This document shows positions 40,571 through 52,509 of a stretch of 64,000 bases of DNA, in pieces. The position numbers were made by a program, and so were the translations under genes. Source of the DNA: Lama guanicoe (lineage: Eukaryota); contig MU056050.1 in assembly GCA_013239625.1 (NCBI GenBank), forward strand, positions 3,272,084-3,336,083, read 5' to 3'. Numbering within the stretch: position 1 is the stretch's first letter; the number at the start of each line of letters is the position of its first letter. A model generated the notes under the pieces. That model made no database searches, had not been told where the DNA came from, and saw only the letters and a program-made list of their open reading frames with translations.

Positions 40571-42244
40571 GCATATGAATTCACAGCCTAGTTCTCCTCA
40601 CTTGTGCAATGTGCATGTGGCTGATGCTAGAACTTCCTGCTTCTCCCCTTCCCAGGTTTCATTCAGCTCGCTGCTGTTTCCATCTGGATTTTCACAGCCA
40701 GCCGCCAAAATACTCTGAGGGATACTGGCAGCTGGGATACAATGGGCATTTCCTTTGTCACTGACAGTATGAAAAAGAGACCCTTAAACTATGCATATAT
40801 TAGCTCATTGTTCTTGTAAGAGTTTAGGGTATTTTTACACTTCCTTTTGAAGTATTATTTCACTTTGTGGTCATTATTATGGATTCACTTCACCCCAGTC
40901 ATACCACTTTGACTCACTGAAAATAACAGTGATATTTCAGAGAATATTCTGTGCTTCCAGACAACACAAACAACATCTGTGTCTACAGGCAGACAAATAA
41001 AAGAAAACGTTGGCCTCTCCTGTGTTTAGATCCCTGGCTCACAGCAGCTGCCTTGAGGAGAGTTTTGAAATTATTTAACAACATTAACAAAGATGAGAGG
41101 GATATTATTCATTGGGAAATGTGTGTCGGGGTATTACTTCAGCACATTATCACCCAGCCAGAGGAGACAATCAGATCAAAACTGGGTGCATTTCCTGTTC
41201 ATAAGGTAGCATTACCGTCTCTGGCTAAATAGATTGAGCCTAAATCTGTGATCTACATTCAGAATTTTACATGTATCACAGTATTCACAGAATGGCTTTG
41301 AGTTGAAAATATTCTATAGTTTCTGATTAAAATGTTGAGGAAGTTTTTCTTCATTTTAAATTTATCAAGGAGGTATGAGATTAGATAAAGGCATGCCTCT
41401 CTTTAGCTATCATTTAGTGCTAACACTGCAGGCGATTTCTACAAAATGTGTTTTCCAAAACCTCTTACAACTAGAAAGCAAAGACAAACAACAACAATAA
41501 CATTAGTGCTTTTGAATTGAAAACTTACATGGCCCAATTCCTTATTAACATTGTCCTAAACATTTAACCAGAACAAGCAGGTGAACATTTCAGGCACTTA
41601 AAAAACAATGGACAATCCATACACATGAATGCAATTGTGTTCATTTTACAGATTTTGGAAAGATGTACAGGTCAATCAGTCTATGAGAATTGCCCAAGGA
41701 CATTAACGATATAAGGACAGATGTAATACAAGTCTACACAATGCCCGAACAGTTGACTCCATTCAGTCCTCAAATCATCACCTTGAGGGAAAAAAAAACA
41801 CCCCACACAAACAGCCAAATGGCGATTTGATGTTATATTGGCAAAATATCTGCTTGGCTGAAATTTCACTTTCAACATAGTCACTGGCTCTTGCGCTGGT
41901 TCCAAGGTTTGTCCTACACGTGATTCTAAGTAGGTCTGTTCCTTTTGTCCATCTGCTTGTCCTTTAGCCTCTCCCACTTTATACGTAGCATCCATTATTT
42001 TTTATGGTATCACCTCCTTGTCTAGAACCCGAACTCCATCTGTTTATTCTCCCTTTCTTGTTCAACTGTTCCTTTTTGTGGCCAGTTACCTCAAAGCACA
42101 ACACTGTACTAGCAAGTCTGATAAATCTAAGCCAGGTTTTAGTATACTTAGTTTTTCCAAACTCAGGCCAAATTATATATTATCATTTTTTTTGTTTTTT
42201 ATTATCATTTTTAATAGAGCACTTCTACCCTTGGTTTTTATGCA

Positions 42245-42740
42245 CTCAGTTCATACGGTATTCAATAAACACTTAGTAAGCACCTACTGTGTGATACGCA
42301 CTATGATAAAATCTTGGCAGATAAGAAAGAAGGAAAAAAAGACATATCCTCTGCTCTTGAAGGGTTAACAATCTAGTGCAGACATGGAAATGATGACAGG
42401 ACAAGGAAGTAAGTGCCATGACAAATTCATGCAAAAAGGACCATGGAGTCCAAGGGAAGTAAGGGACTCATTGTGCCTGGAAGATTAAGAATGGCTTCAG
42501 AGAAGAGATGCTACTTTGAGTTGCTTTTTAAAGGATGAATATGCCTCTGGCAGGTTAAAAACGTGCTAAGAGCATTTCTAGCAGAAAGAATCACATTTTC
42601 AAAGGAAAAGGTAGATGTCAGGAAATGGTAAATTCAAAGAATAGCAAATAATTGGCTGTGTCTATGCTATAGGTGTGTGGGTAGAGGAGCCAGTTTGCAA
42701 AGGGCCTTACACGACATGCTAAGGAATTGGATCTTAATTT
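42245..42740 (-). mobile_element. L2 3' fragment
   Basis: ttcaataaacacttagtaagcacctactgtgtg...cctctgctcttgaagggttaacaatctagtg...ggcttcagagaagagatg. Confidence 0.75.
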
Positions 42741-42894
42741 TCTCAAATTATAGCCCACGCTGCTTACTGTTTCTTATATGTGAGGGTGTCAGAATCATTA
42801 CACACAAATAATCAAATTTTAAGAATTTTTCAGAAATCTATGAATCATCCTGGAAATTCTAGAGCTCTGAGTTTTAATTCAGAATATAAGAAAA

Positions 42895-43025
42895 TTCATT
42901 TTCTTAACAAATATTTATCAACCATATAATGGGGCAGGTACTTACTGTTCAAGGTACTAGCAAAAAAGCAATAAACAAAACAGAAAAATCCCTGCCATCA
43001 TGGAACTCAAATTCTAGTTGGAATA
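42895..43025 (-). mobile_element. L2 extreme 3' fragment
   Basis: ttaacaaatatttat...aacaaaacagaaaaatccctgccatcatggaactcaaattctagt. Confidence 0.65.
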
Positions 43026-44376
43026 AATCTGTAATTATGGTGTTCAGACCAAATTAAGTATTAGAGTCATACAGATTTTCATCTGTATATTAATCTGTAT
43101 ATTATTACCTGTGTATTTCATCTGAGTATTAATTAAGGGTCCCTCCAGAAGTTTTGTTAAACCTTGTGAATATGAAAGTAGTGACTCACAGGAATTTAGA
43201 TTCTTGTAACAACTGAAACTACCATGTGAAAATGATGTCTTCTGTGCATCCTCCATTAGGGAAGTTGAGGACTCTGGGAAGCTATGCTGAGATACGCCGC
43301 ATTTGGCCCTGCTATATGTGTTCACTTTGCTTCCAAAAGGATCCTTGGCTAAATACTTTAGAGCTTAAAATAACCTTAAGGGCAGAGGACAGATGGGGAG
43401 GGCAGCCTTCAGTGGCTGGGACTTGTTGGGGGGAGGAAGAGAAAAATTGAATTACTCCAGTTTATCTGTATAATTATAAGCATATCACTATTCTACTTCA
43501 TGATATATAATCAATAAATAAAAGTCCATTCTGGATAGGGTGTTCTACATAAATGCCAAGTAATATATGCTCTAAAAATTTCAAATCTGGGCAGGGTTAT
43601 TTAAAACAGTCCATTTGTGAACAGTTTAATTTTAGCATTAGGCTAAAATTATAGAAAGATAACTTTCATTCATCTAGGAAATCAGTTTAATTTCTTAACC
43701 TACATAAAATTCAAATTGGCCTTAGGAGAGGTGTGAAAAGAAAACTGGAAAGGCCATTTGGAATTCTAATTATTCATATATGAAATTGAAATATATATTA
43801 TCTACTAGTGTATTAAAAATGCCACTGGATTCCAAATCCACATTTCAATAAAAAAGCCCTTTACAATAAGAATTAGTAGAATAATTTAAGAATAAAATTG
43901 GACTCACTGGTATGTAAAAATTGGAAAAACGTTTATCATAACTTTTTTTTTTACTACTACTATTCATTTAAAAGAGATACTGGATTTCTATAAACAGAAG
44001 TAGCAATTTACATCTATTATACACTTATATACATTCCCAATGTGATTCCATAAATATTTTGTTAATATAAACAAAGAAAAAAATCCACAGCCCCTCCCAA
44101 GGCTCTTCATCTTAAAAAAAGAAATATTCTAGTTCTCTTGGTGAGGTGACAGAAAACTACTTAGGGTTTGGAGACACATTAATGGGGGGTGACTAGGGTT
44201 CCATTAAAGCAACTGGAACAAGTAATTTATGAAAAGCACCCCTCACTAGTTTGAAGAGTTAATGTGCTCCTCTCCTCTAAAATGAGTGACTTCTTTTTAG
44301 TTGTCAGCAACATAATGACCAGTACATGGCATATACCATGAGCAAAGGGTCCTCTTAATAAAAATGATTACTAGGT

Positions 44377-44379
44377 ATG

Positions 44380-44420
<41 letters not shown>
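44377..44420 (+). repeat. (TA)n(CA)n compound microsatellite
   Basis: Visible run. Confidence 0.95.
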
Positions 44421-44421
<1 letters not shown>

Positions 44422-44734
44422 AATATCCACAGGTGCACACAACCCACACATTGTGATTTTCAGCCATACCTTAATTTATGCTTTCTGAAACACAAGAGAT
44501 TGGCGCCACTAAAATATTCTCTAAAACCAGGGGCCGGTGATAAAGAGGACAAATTGATGGTTGAACTCTGAAGTAGAGAATGATGGGAAATTCTACTATA
44601 AAAAGCATGGAGAAGCAGGCACATGGTTTTACCAAATTTTGTATTCACTAGCTTGTCATCTCTCCTTAGCCACTGGACGTCATATTAAATGACAGTATCT
44701 TCTGATCCATACCAAAATAATACTAATCATACCA

Positions 44735-44985
44735 ATAACAACTAACAGTTATTCTAATGCTTACCATGTGCCAAATACTGCGCTATGCACTTTGCATACA
44801 TTATGCATTTAATCTTCACAGTAACTGTCTGAGATGGGTATTAGTATTATCCTGAATCAACAAATGAGGAAACTGTGACTTTGAAGAGGTTAAAACACTT
44901 GACGATAGCCACAACTACCAGTAAGAAGTGAAGTCAAAATTCAAATCCCAGTCATCCATATTTAACACATTTTGCTTCTAACTAC
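44735..44985 (-). mobile_element. MIR SINE
   Basis: gcttaccatgtgccaaatactgcgcta...atttaatcttcaca...aaatgaggaaactgtgac...gaggttaa. Confidence 0.85.
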
Positions 44986-45444
44986 ATACTACCTAGTAGC
45001 AGAAAGCTACTATGCATTCGCTTTGTTACAGGTAAAATGAACCCTTACTATATGTAGAGCTAGTGGTGATAGTGAGGGATAGCCCAATCTAACATAATCT
45101 CTATTTTCAAGAAACATAATTTCTAATTATGGAAACAAGACATATTCATATATGCATGGTAGAGTATATAACTGGAGCCTAATGAGTGGTCCAGGCAATA
45201 AGCACTAGGAAAGCCCAAGAGAGGAAGGTCAGAATGAGAAAAATGGGTCAGTGACATCTCAAGGTGGTGGCAGATTAATCTAGGATATAATGAATGGGTA
45301 AGGTTTGAATGAGCAGAGAGGAAAGGTTAGACTCCACACTGTGCTCCAGATTTGTATATCCAACTGTCCATCCATCATCTAACTTAGATATCTGAAAGGT
45401 ACCGCAAAAAAAAAAAAAGAAAATGTTCAAAGCTAATATGACTA

Positions 45445-45622
45445 TCATCACCTCCAAATCTGATCCTCTTCTTGGCATCGCCTTTTAGTGGATGGAACCA
45501 TTCATTTGCAGAAGCCAGAAATCTATGAGTAATCCCCCTGTATTCAACACAACATCAGATCCTGTCATTTTAATCTCCTAATTATACTTTGAACCTATCT
45601 AATTCTTTCCTTTTCCACTTTC
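45445..45622 (+). mobile_element. L2 fragment, left half of the element split by the full-length L1
   Basis: ccaaatctgatcctcttc...gatggaacca...aagccagaaatctatgagtaatcc...tcctgtcattttaatctcctaa resembles the L2 ORF2 3' region. Confidence 0.65.
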
Positions 45623-45640
45623 AATAATCCCTGGCCAAGA
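45623..45640 (+). repeat. 5' copy of the L1 target-site duplication
   Basis: aataatccctggccaaga matches 52837-52854 at 17/18 positions. Confidence 0.9.
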
Positions 45641-46860
45641 GAAGAGGCAAGATGGCGGAGTAGAAGGACGCTTGTAAGTCACCCTCTCCCACAAATACAC
45701 CAAGTTCCACATCTACAGACTCACTCAGCCAACCAGAGCACCTGCGGAACTCCGACAGATCATCGCCCTCTTCAAAAGATAAAGATGCCAAAAATCTGGT
45801 AGGAGAAAAGGAAAAAAGGAAGAACAAAAGGCAAAGCAGCGCGGGGCGGGTCCCGCGGGGAGGGAGCGGCAAAGGAGGACTGGCGCTCGCTCGCTGGGTC
45901 TCCCCTCTCCAACCGAGAGGCCAGCGGGACGGAGGGGGAGCCTCCAAGGCTCGGATCTGTACAGAGCAGCCCTTGTCTGACAGAACTAAGTTAAACGGGC
46001 ACAGAGCGTCCCCCCGACACCCAGCCTGAGACGCGGGCCGGCAGCGGCGGGCAGGGCCAGGCTGCACAAGCCGGGCGGAGGATGGGGGCGGCTGCACGGA
46101 GGCAGCTCCGGGGGACTGCAAGGGGCTGGGCGCCGGGGCTGTGGGTGTACAGGACAGAACAACCTGGGCCCTCCATAAAACAGCAAGGTTGATGTGCTCT
46201 CGGGGGAAGGGTGCACACCCCCATCTCTGAAAACCCATGGAAACTTTTCAGGGGAAGAGAGTTGGGGCCCAGGCACAGCCACCATATTCTCCGGCGCTTA
46301 GCACCCAGGCGGGGGCGGGGGCGAAACCTGCATCCGCACCGAAGGGCTCAGCAGCCTCAAGGGCCAGACTGAGACGGGCCTACAGCCCGGGGCAGGTGGG
46401 ATCCTTCCATCCTGGTCTCTCGGAGAACTTGTTCCACGGAGACGAACGGGGAGCTGGGTCTTGGCTCGGAGCCGGGACGAGGCTGCCCCTCGGTCTTCCC
46501 CGAGCCCACCCGCGGAGCGCGACCAGGGCGGAGCGCGCAGCCGCACAGAGCAGCGGAGCTACCGGCGGCGCAGGCAGGGGGAGAGCAGCCCCCCCGCCTG
46601 TCGGGCAGGAACACAACCCCTGACCGAGGTGCTGGGAGGGGGCACGACCCGCCATCATGCCTGTCCAGTCTGCAACATCTGACTGCGGCATCCGGAGGGG
46701 CAGTGACCCGCCCGCCCGCAGCAAAAGAGAGCTGCATCTGACCCCGTGTTAGGAGGAGGCGCGATCTGCTTGCCGACAAGTGCTGGGAGCAGCACAGAAG
46801 AGGGCGCCAACGGAGGGCCTATGAAAACAAGCTGAGCTTCCAAAACAGGACGAAGACAGA
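45641..46860 (+). promoter_or_regulatory. L1 5'UTR internal promoter / CpG island with a 5' YY1-type site
   Basis: The only strongly CpG-dense segment in the window. CAAGATGGCG at 45648-45657 matches the YY1 element at L1 5' ends; several GGGCGG boxes. Confidence 0.8.
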
Positions 46861-46912
46861 AGGACTTCACATTAAAAGCACACAGACTCCAGGAGAACAA
46901 CGACAACAACCC

Positions 46913-46985
46913 TTTTTTTTGGTTTGTTTTGTTTTGTTTTTTGTTTTTTGGTTTTTGGTTTTTGTTTTTGTTTTGTTTTGTTTTT
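46913..46985 (+). repeat. (TTTTG)n-like T-rich tract inside the L1 5'UTR
   Basis: Directly visible low-complexity run. Confidence 0.9.
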
Positions 46986-47411
46986 AATCTGTTTTTACCT
47001 GTTCTATTTTCAATTACTCTCTTAATTTTTACTTCTTAATTCATTTCTATTTCTCTTGGATTTTGATGTCCTGTTATTGATTAGACACAGGCTTCAAACA
47101 CATATATTCATCTCCCCACCCCCCTTTTTTTTTTTTTAAAGGTTTTAAAAGGACGTCTCCACCCGATTAATACTCTACTTCAACCCGCTCTTCTATTATT
47201 CATTATACAATGTTTTCAAACCCTCTTTCTCCCTTCTTTTAAAAATCTTTCTCTCTCTCTCTTATTTTTTTCTCTTTTTTCTCTTTATTTTCTTTTTTCT
47301 TTTTTTTTCTTTTTTTTCTAAGTTCTATTCCTAAATAGGCATTAGATAGATAAAATCCTTAAGATCCAAAATAGACAACTGATACTCCATAAACCACAGT
47401 GCCAGAGAGGT

Positions 47412-48314
47412 ATGAGCAAGATGAAGAAGCAGAGAAACCTTTCCCAATTAAAAGAACAAGAGGAATCCCCTGAAAGAAAGCTCAATGAAATAGACATCGA
47501 TAGCCTACTAGATCAAGATTTCAAAAAAGGAGTGATCAAATTGCTGAAGGAATTAAAAGAGATAGTGCTTAGAGAAATAAAATATGTCAAAAATGAAATT
47601 GAAGCTATAAAGAAGAGCCAAGCAAAATGGGAAAACTCATTGACAGAGATGAGGAATGATCTAACAGCTGTGCAAAGCCGACTAGTTAATGCAGAGGAAC
47701 GAATTAGTGATCTAGAAGACAGGGCAACAGAAAGCACCCATTCAGAAGAACTACAAGATAAGCAAATAAAAAATAATGATAATAGCATAAGGGACCTATG
47801 GGATAATATAAAGCGTCCCAATCTTCGCATAATAGGGGTCCCAGAAGGGGAAGAAGGATCAAAGGGGATTGAAAAGGTTTTTGAAGAAATCATGACTGAA
47901 AACTTCCCAAACTTAAAGAAGGAATCAGATATCCAAGTACAGGAAGCTCAGAGGGTCCCAAACAGGAAGAACCCAAATAGACCCACACCAAGACATATCA
48001 TAATCAAGATGGCCAGAGTCAAGGATAAAGAAATGATTCTAAAGGCAGCAAGAGAAAAGCAAAGAGTGAACTACAAGGGAACCCCCATAAGGCTCTCAGC
48101 TGATTTCTCTACACAAACACTACAGGCCAGAAGGGAGTGGCAAGATATATTCAAAGCCCTGAATGAAAAAAAGATGCAGCCTAGGATACTTTATCCAGCA
48201 AGGCTATCCTTTAGGATAGAAGGAGAAATAAAGAGTTTCACAGACAAAAAAAAGCTGCAGGAGTTTAGCAACACTAAACCCATGCTAAAAGAAATATTGA
48301 AAGGGCTATTCTAA
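47412..48314 (+). CDS. LINE-1 ORF1p (coiled coil, RRM, C-terminal domain), 300 aa
   Basis: Heptad-like coiled coil followed by conserved ORF1p motifs RPNLRIIGVPE, ENFPNL, TPRHIIIK, AAREK, ADFS..TLQARREW and YPARLSF; no stops. Confidence 0.96.
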   Translation: MSKMKKQRNLSQLKEQEESPERKLNEIDIDSLLDQDFKKGVIKLLKELKEIVLREIKYVKNEIEAIKKSQAKWENSLTEMRNDLTAVQSRLVNAEERISDLEDRATESTHSEELQDKQIKNNDNSIRDLWDNIKRPNLRIIGVPEGEEGSKGIEKVFEEIMTENFPNLKKESDIQVQEAQRVPNRKNPNRPTPRHIIIKMARVKDKEMILKAAREKQRVNYKGTPIRLSADFSTQTLQARREWQDIFKALNEKKMQPRILYPARLSFRIEGEIKSFTDKKKLQEFSNTKPMLKEILKGLF

Positions 48315-48711
48315 ATAGAAAAGCAGCAGGATGCTACAGAAATGAGAAACGTACAACTGGAAAGGTGATAACTCATGAATTACAAATAAAGAAAACACGA
48401 AATTATAAAAGAAGACATACAAATCACTGAGAGTGGGAGAGGGAGGCAGGGAAATATAGAATTTTTTTTCTTTCTTTTTTAAATTTTTTTAACAGTAGGA
48501 TGGGTTTGAGATCATGTTATTATCAGTTTAATAAAAACGGGTATAGGTTAATAGATTTACAAAAAAGGGTAACCACAAGTCAAAAATTTACAAGGGAGTC
48601 ACAAAAATTAAATAAAATCCATGATAATACAAAGGAAAATTACCAAACCACAAAAGGAAGAAGAAAGGAACAAAGAGGATATACCAATTCAACTGCAAAG
48701 ATAAGTTCAAA

Positions 48712-51700
48712 ATGGCAATAAACACACATCTATCATTAATTACTGTAAATGTTAATGGACTAAATGCTCCAGTCAAAAGACATAGAGTGGCAGACTGGAT
48801 AATAAAGCAAGAACCTTCAATATGCTGCATACAAGAGACCCACTTTAGGGAGAAGGACACATATAGATTGAGAGTGAAAGGATGGAAAAGGATATTCCAT
48901 GCAAATGGAAAAGCCAAAAAAGCAGGTGTTGCAGTACTGATTTCAGACAAAATAGACTTTAAAACAAAGGCCATAAAGAAAGATAAAGAAGGACATTTTA
49001 TAATGATTAAAGGAGTGATACAAGATGAAGATATTACACTCGTTAATATATATGCACCCAATATAGGAGCACCTAAGTACATACAAGAATTACTAACAGA
49101 GATAAAGGGGGATATTGATGGGAATACAATCATAGTTGGAGATTTTAACACTGCATTAACATCACTAGACAGATCTTCCAGACAGAAAATAAACAAGGCA
49201 ACAGAGAAATTAAATACTACAATAGAAAAACTAGATTTGGTGGATATTTTCAGAGCATTACACCCCCAAAAAATAGAATATACATTCTTTTCAAGTGCAC
49301 ATGGAACATTTTCCAGGATCGATCATGTACTTGGACACAAAAGAAACCTCAACAAATTTAAGAAGATAGAAATTATCTCAAGCATCTTTACTGACCACAA
49401 TGCCATGAAACTGGAAATCAACAACAGAGAAACAAAGGAGAAAAAAAGAAAAGCATGGAGATTAAACAATATGTTATTGAAAAAACAATGGATCAATGAG
49501 GAAATCAAAGCTGAAATTAAAAAATACCTTGAGACAAATGATAATGAAAGCACAACCACTCAAAACCTATGGGACACAGCAAAGGCAGTGCTAAGAGGGA
49601 AGTTTATAGCGATACAGGCCTTCCTCAAAAAAGAAGAACAATCTCAAATAAACAAGTTAACCCACCACCTGAATCAATTAGAAAAAGAAGAACAAAAAGC
49701 CCCAAAAAGCAGCAGAAGGAAGGAAATAATAAAGATCAGAGAGGAATTAAATACAATAGAGATTAACAAGACCATAGAAAAAATCAACCAAACCAAAAGC
49801 TGGTTTTTTGAAAAAGTAAATAAAATCGACAAACCTCTGGCCAAACTCACAAAGAAGAAAAAAGAGAGAGCACAAATTAGCAAAATAAGAAAGGAAAATG
49901 GAGAAATTACAACAAACAAAATAGAAATACAGAATATCATACGAGAATATTATGAAAAACTATATGGAACCAAACTGGATAACCTAGAGGAGATGGACAA
50001 GTTTCTGGAAACATACTGTCCACCAAAACTGAATCAAGAAGAAACTGAACACTTGAACAATCCGATCACTAGAAAGGAAATAGAAATAGCAATTAAAAAC
50101 CTCCCTACAAATAAAAGTCCAGGACCGGATGGCTTCACCGGGGAATTCTACCAAACATACAAAGAAGAACTCATACCAGTCCTTCTCAAACTCTTCCAGA
50201 CGATTGAAAAGGAGGGAATACTCCCAAACTCATTCTATGAAGCCACCATCACCCTGATACCAAAACCAGGCAAAGACACTACAAAAAAAGAGAATTATAG
50301 GCCAATATCACTGATGAACATAGACGCCAAAATCCTCACCAAAATTTTAGCAAATAGAATCCAACAACACATAAAAAAGATTATACATCATGACCAAGTG
50401 GGGTTCATCCCAGGGACACAAGGCTGGTTCAACATACGCAAATCAATCAATGTAATACATCACATCAACAAGAGAAAGGACAAAAACCACATGATCATCT
50501 CAATCGATGCAGAAAAAGCATTTGATAAAATTCAACACCCATTTATGATAAAAACTCTCGCCAAAGTGGGTATAGAGGGAACATATCTCAACATAATAAA
50601 AGCTATATATGACAAACCTATAGCCAGCATAGTTCTCAACGGTGAAAAACTCAAAAGCTTCCCACTAAAATCTGGGACAAGACAAGGATGCCCACTATCA
50701 CCACTCCTATTCAATATAGTCCTGGAAGTCCTAGCCACAGCAATCAGGCAAGAGAAAGAAATAAAAGGGATCCAAATTGGAAAAGAAGAGGTAAAAGTGT
50801 CATTATATGCTGACGACATGTTACTATATATAGAAAACCCTAAAAGGTCCACAAAAAAGCTACTAGAGCTGATCGAAGAATTCAGCAAGGTAGCAGGTTA
50901 CAAAATTAATGTTCAAAAATCAGTTGCCTTTCTTTACACTAACGATAAATCAACAGAAAAAGAAAGTAAAGAAACAATCCCCTTTAAAATAGCACCCAAA
51001 GTAATAAAATATCTGGGAATAAATCTAACCAAGGAGGTGAAAGAATTATACACAGAAAACTATAAACCATTGATGAAGGAAATTAAAGAAGACTTTAAAA
51101 AATGGAAAGATATTCCATGCTCTTGGATTGGAAGAATCAATATTGTTAAAATGGTCACACTGCCCAAGGCAATCTACAGATTTAATGCAATCCCTATCCA
51201 ATTACCCAGGACATATTTCACAGAACTAGAACAAATCATAATAAAATTTATATGGAACCATCAAAGACCTAGAATTGCTAAAGCATTACTGAAGAGAAAG
51301 AAAGAGGCTGGAGGAATAACTCTCCCAGACTTCAGACAATACTATAGAGCTACAGTCATCAAGACAGCATGGTATTGGTACCAAAACAGACATATAGACC
51401 AATGGAACAGAATAGAGAGCCCAGAAATGAACCCACAAACTTTTGGTCAACTCATCTTCGACAAAGGAGGCAAGAATATACAATGGAATAAAGACAGTCT
51501 CTTCAGCAAATGGTGTTGGGAAAACTGGACAGCAGCATGTAAAACAATGAAGCTAGAACACACCCTTACACCATATACAAAAATCAACTCAAAATGGATT
51601 AAAGACTTAAACATAAGACAAGATACAATAAACCTCCTAGAGGAAAACATAGGCAAAACATTATCTGACATACATTTCAAAAATTTTCTCCTAGAAGAAA

Positions 51701-52509
51701 TAAAAGCAAGAATAAACAAATGGGACCTAATGAAACTTACAAGCTTCTGCAGAGCAAAGGAAACCAGAAATAAAACAAGAAGAAAACCTACGGAATGGGA
51801 GAAAATTTTTGCAAGTGAAACCGACAAAGGCTTGATCTCCAAAATATATAAGCAGCTCATACGACTCAATAAGAAAAAAATAAACAACCCAATCCAAAAA
51901 TGGGCAGAAGACCTAAACAAGCAATTCTCCAAGGAAGACATACAAATGATCAAAAAGCACATGAAAAAATGTTCAATATCACTAATTATCAGAGAAATGC
52001 AAATCAAAACTACAATGAGGTATCACCTCACACCAGTCAGAATGGCCGTCATTCAAAAATCCAAAAATGACAAATGCTGGAGAGGCTGTGGAGAAAGGGG
52101 AACCCTCCTACACTGCTGGTGGGAATGCAGTTTGGTGCAGCCACTATGGAAAACAGTGTGGAGATTCCTCAAAAGACTAGGAATAGACTTACCATATGAC
52201 CCAGGAATCCCACTCCTGGGCTTGTATCCAGAAGGAAATCTACTTCAGGATGACACCTGCACCCCAATGTTCATAGCAGCACTATTTACAATAGCCAAAA
52301 CATGGAAACAGCCTAAATGTCCATCAACAGGTGACTGGATAAAGAAGAGGTGGTATATTTATACAATGGAATACTACTCAGCCATAAAAACCGACAACAT
52401 AATGCCATTTGCAGCAACATGGATGCTCCTAGAGAATGTCATTCTAAGTGAAGTAAGCCAGAAAGAGAAAGAAAAATACCATATGAGATCGCTCATATGT
52501 GGAATCTAA
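48712..52509 (+). CDS. LINE-1 ORF2p (APE endonuclease, reverse transcriptase, CCHC domain), 1265 aa
   Basis: Endonuclease motifs NVNGLN, IQET, IYAP, GDFN, SRIDH, TDHNA; RT motifs [35 protein letters not shown]-terminal CWRGC...HCWWEC; uninterrupted frame. Confidence 0.98.
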   Translation: MAINTHLSLITVNVNGLNAPVKRHRVADWIIKQEPSICCIQETHFREKDTYRLRVKGWKRIFHANGKAKKAGVAVLISDKIDFKTKAIKKDKEGHFIMIKGVIQDEDITLVNIYAPNIGAPKYIQELLTEIKGDIDGNTIIVGDFNTALTSLDRSSRQKINKATEKLNTTIEKLDLVDIFRALHPQKIEYTFFSSAHGTFSRIDHVLGHKRNLNKFKKIEIISSIFTDHNAMKLEINNRETKEKKRKAWRLNNMLLKKQWINEEIKAEIKKYLETNDNESTTTQNLWDTAKAVLRGKFIAIQAFLKKEEQSQINKLTHHLNQLEKEEQKAPKSSRRKEIIKIREELNTIEINKTIEKINQTKSWFFEKVNKIDKPLAKLTKKKKERAQISKIRKENGEITTNKIEIQNIIREYYEKLYGTKLDNLEEMDKFLETYCPPKLNQEETEHLNNPITRKEIEIAIKNLPTNKSPGPDGFTGEFYQTYKEELIPVLLKLFQTIEKEGILPNSFYEATITLIPKPGKDTTKKENYRPISLMNIDAKILTKILANRIQQHIKKIIHHDQVGFIPGTQGWFNIRKSINVIHHINKRKDKNHMIISIDAEKAFDKIQHPFMIKTLAKVGIEGTYLNIIKAIYDKPIASIVLNGEKLKSFPLKSGTRQGCPLSPLLFNIVLEVLATAIRQEKEIKGIQIGKEEVKVSLYADDMLLYIENPKRSTKKLLELIEEFSKVAGYKINVQKSVAFLYTNDKSTEKESKETIPFKIAPKVIKYLGINLTKEVKELYTENYKPLMKEIKEDFKKWKDIPCSWIGRINIVKMVTLPKAIYRFNAIPIQLPRTYFTELEQIIIKFIWNHQRPRIAKALLKRKKEAGGITLPDFRQYYRATVIKTAWYWYQNRHIDQWNRIESPEMNPQTFGQLIFDKGGKNIQWNKDSLFSKWCWENWTAACKTMKLEHTLTPYTKINSKWIKDLNIRQDTINLLEENIGKTLSDIHFKNFLLEEIKARINKWDLMKLTSFCRAKETRNKTRRKPTEWEKIFASETDKGLISKIYKQLIRLNKKKINNPIQKWAEDLNKQFSKEDIQMIKKHMKKCSISLIIREMQIKTTMRYHLTPVRMAVIQKSKNDKCWRGCGERGTLLHCWWECSLVQPLWKTVWRFLKRLGIDLPYDPGIPLLGLYPEGNLLQDDTCTPMFIAALFTIAKTWKQPKCPSTGDWIKKRWYIYTMEYYSAIKTDNIMPFAATWMLLENVILSEVSQKEKEKYHMRSLICGI

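Noticed and set aside
43075..43135. Short decayed tandem (atctgtatatt-like units)
   Set aside because: Few degenerate units with no unique spacers; ordinary slippage, not a CRISPR-like array.
45986..46909. Other overlapping ORFs (73-140 aa, both strands) in the L1 5'UTR
   Set aside because: Expected in GC-rich, stop-poor DNA; unlike the 205-aa ORF I found no link to splice sites or host exons.
47284..47289. AATAAA on the TENM1 sense strand inside the antisense L1 (possible premature polyadenylation)
   Set aside because: Embedded in an A/purine-rich tract with no GU-rich downstream element; weak evidence and prone to internal-priming artefacts.
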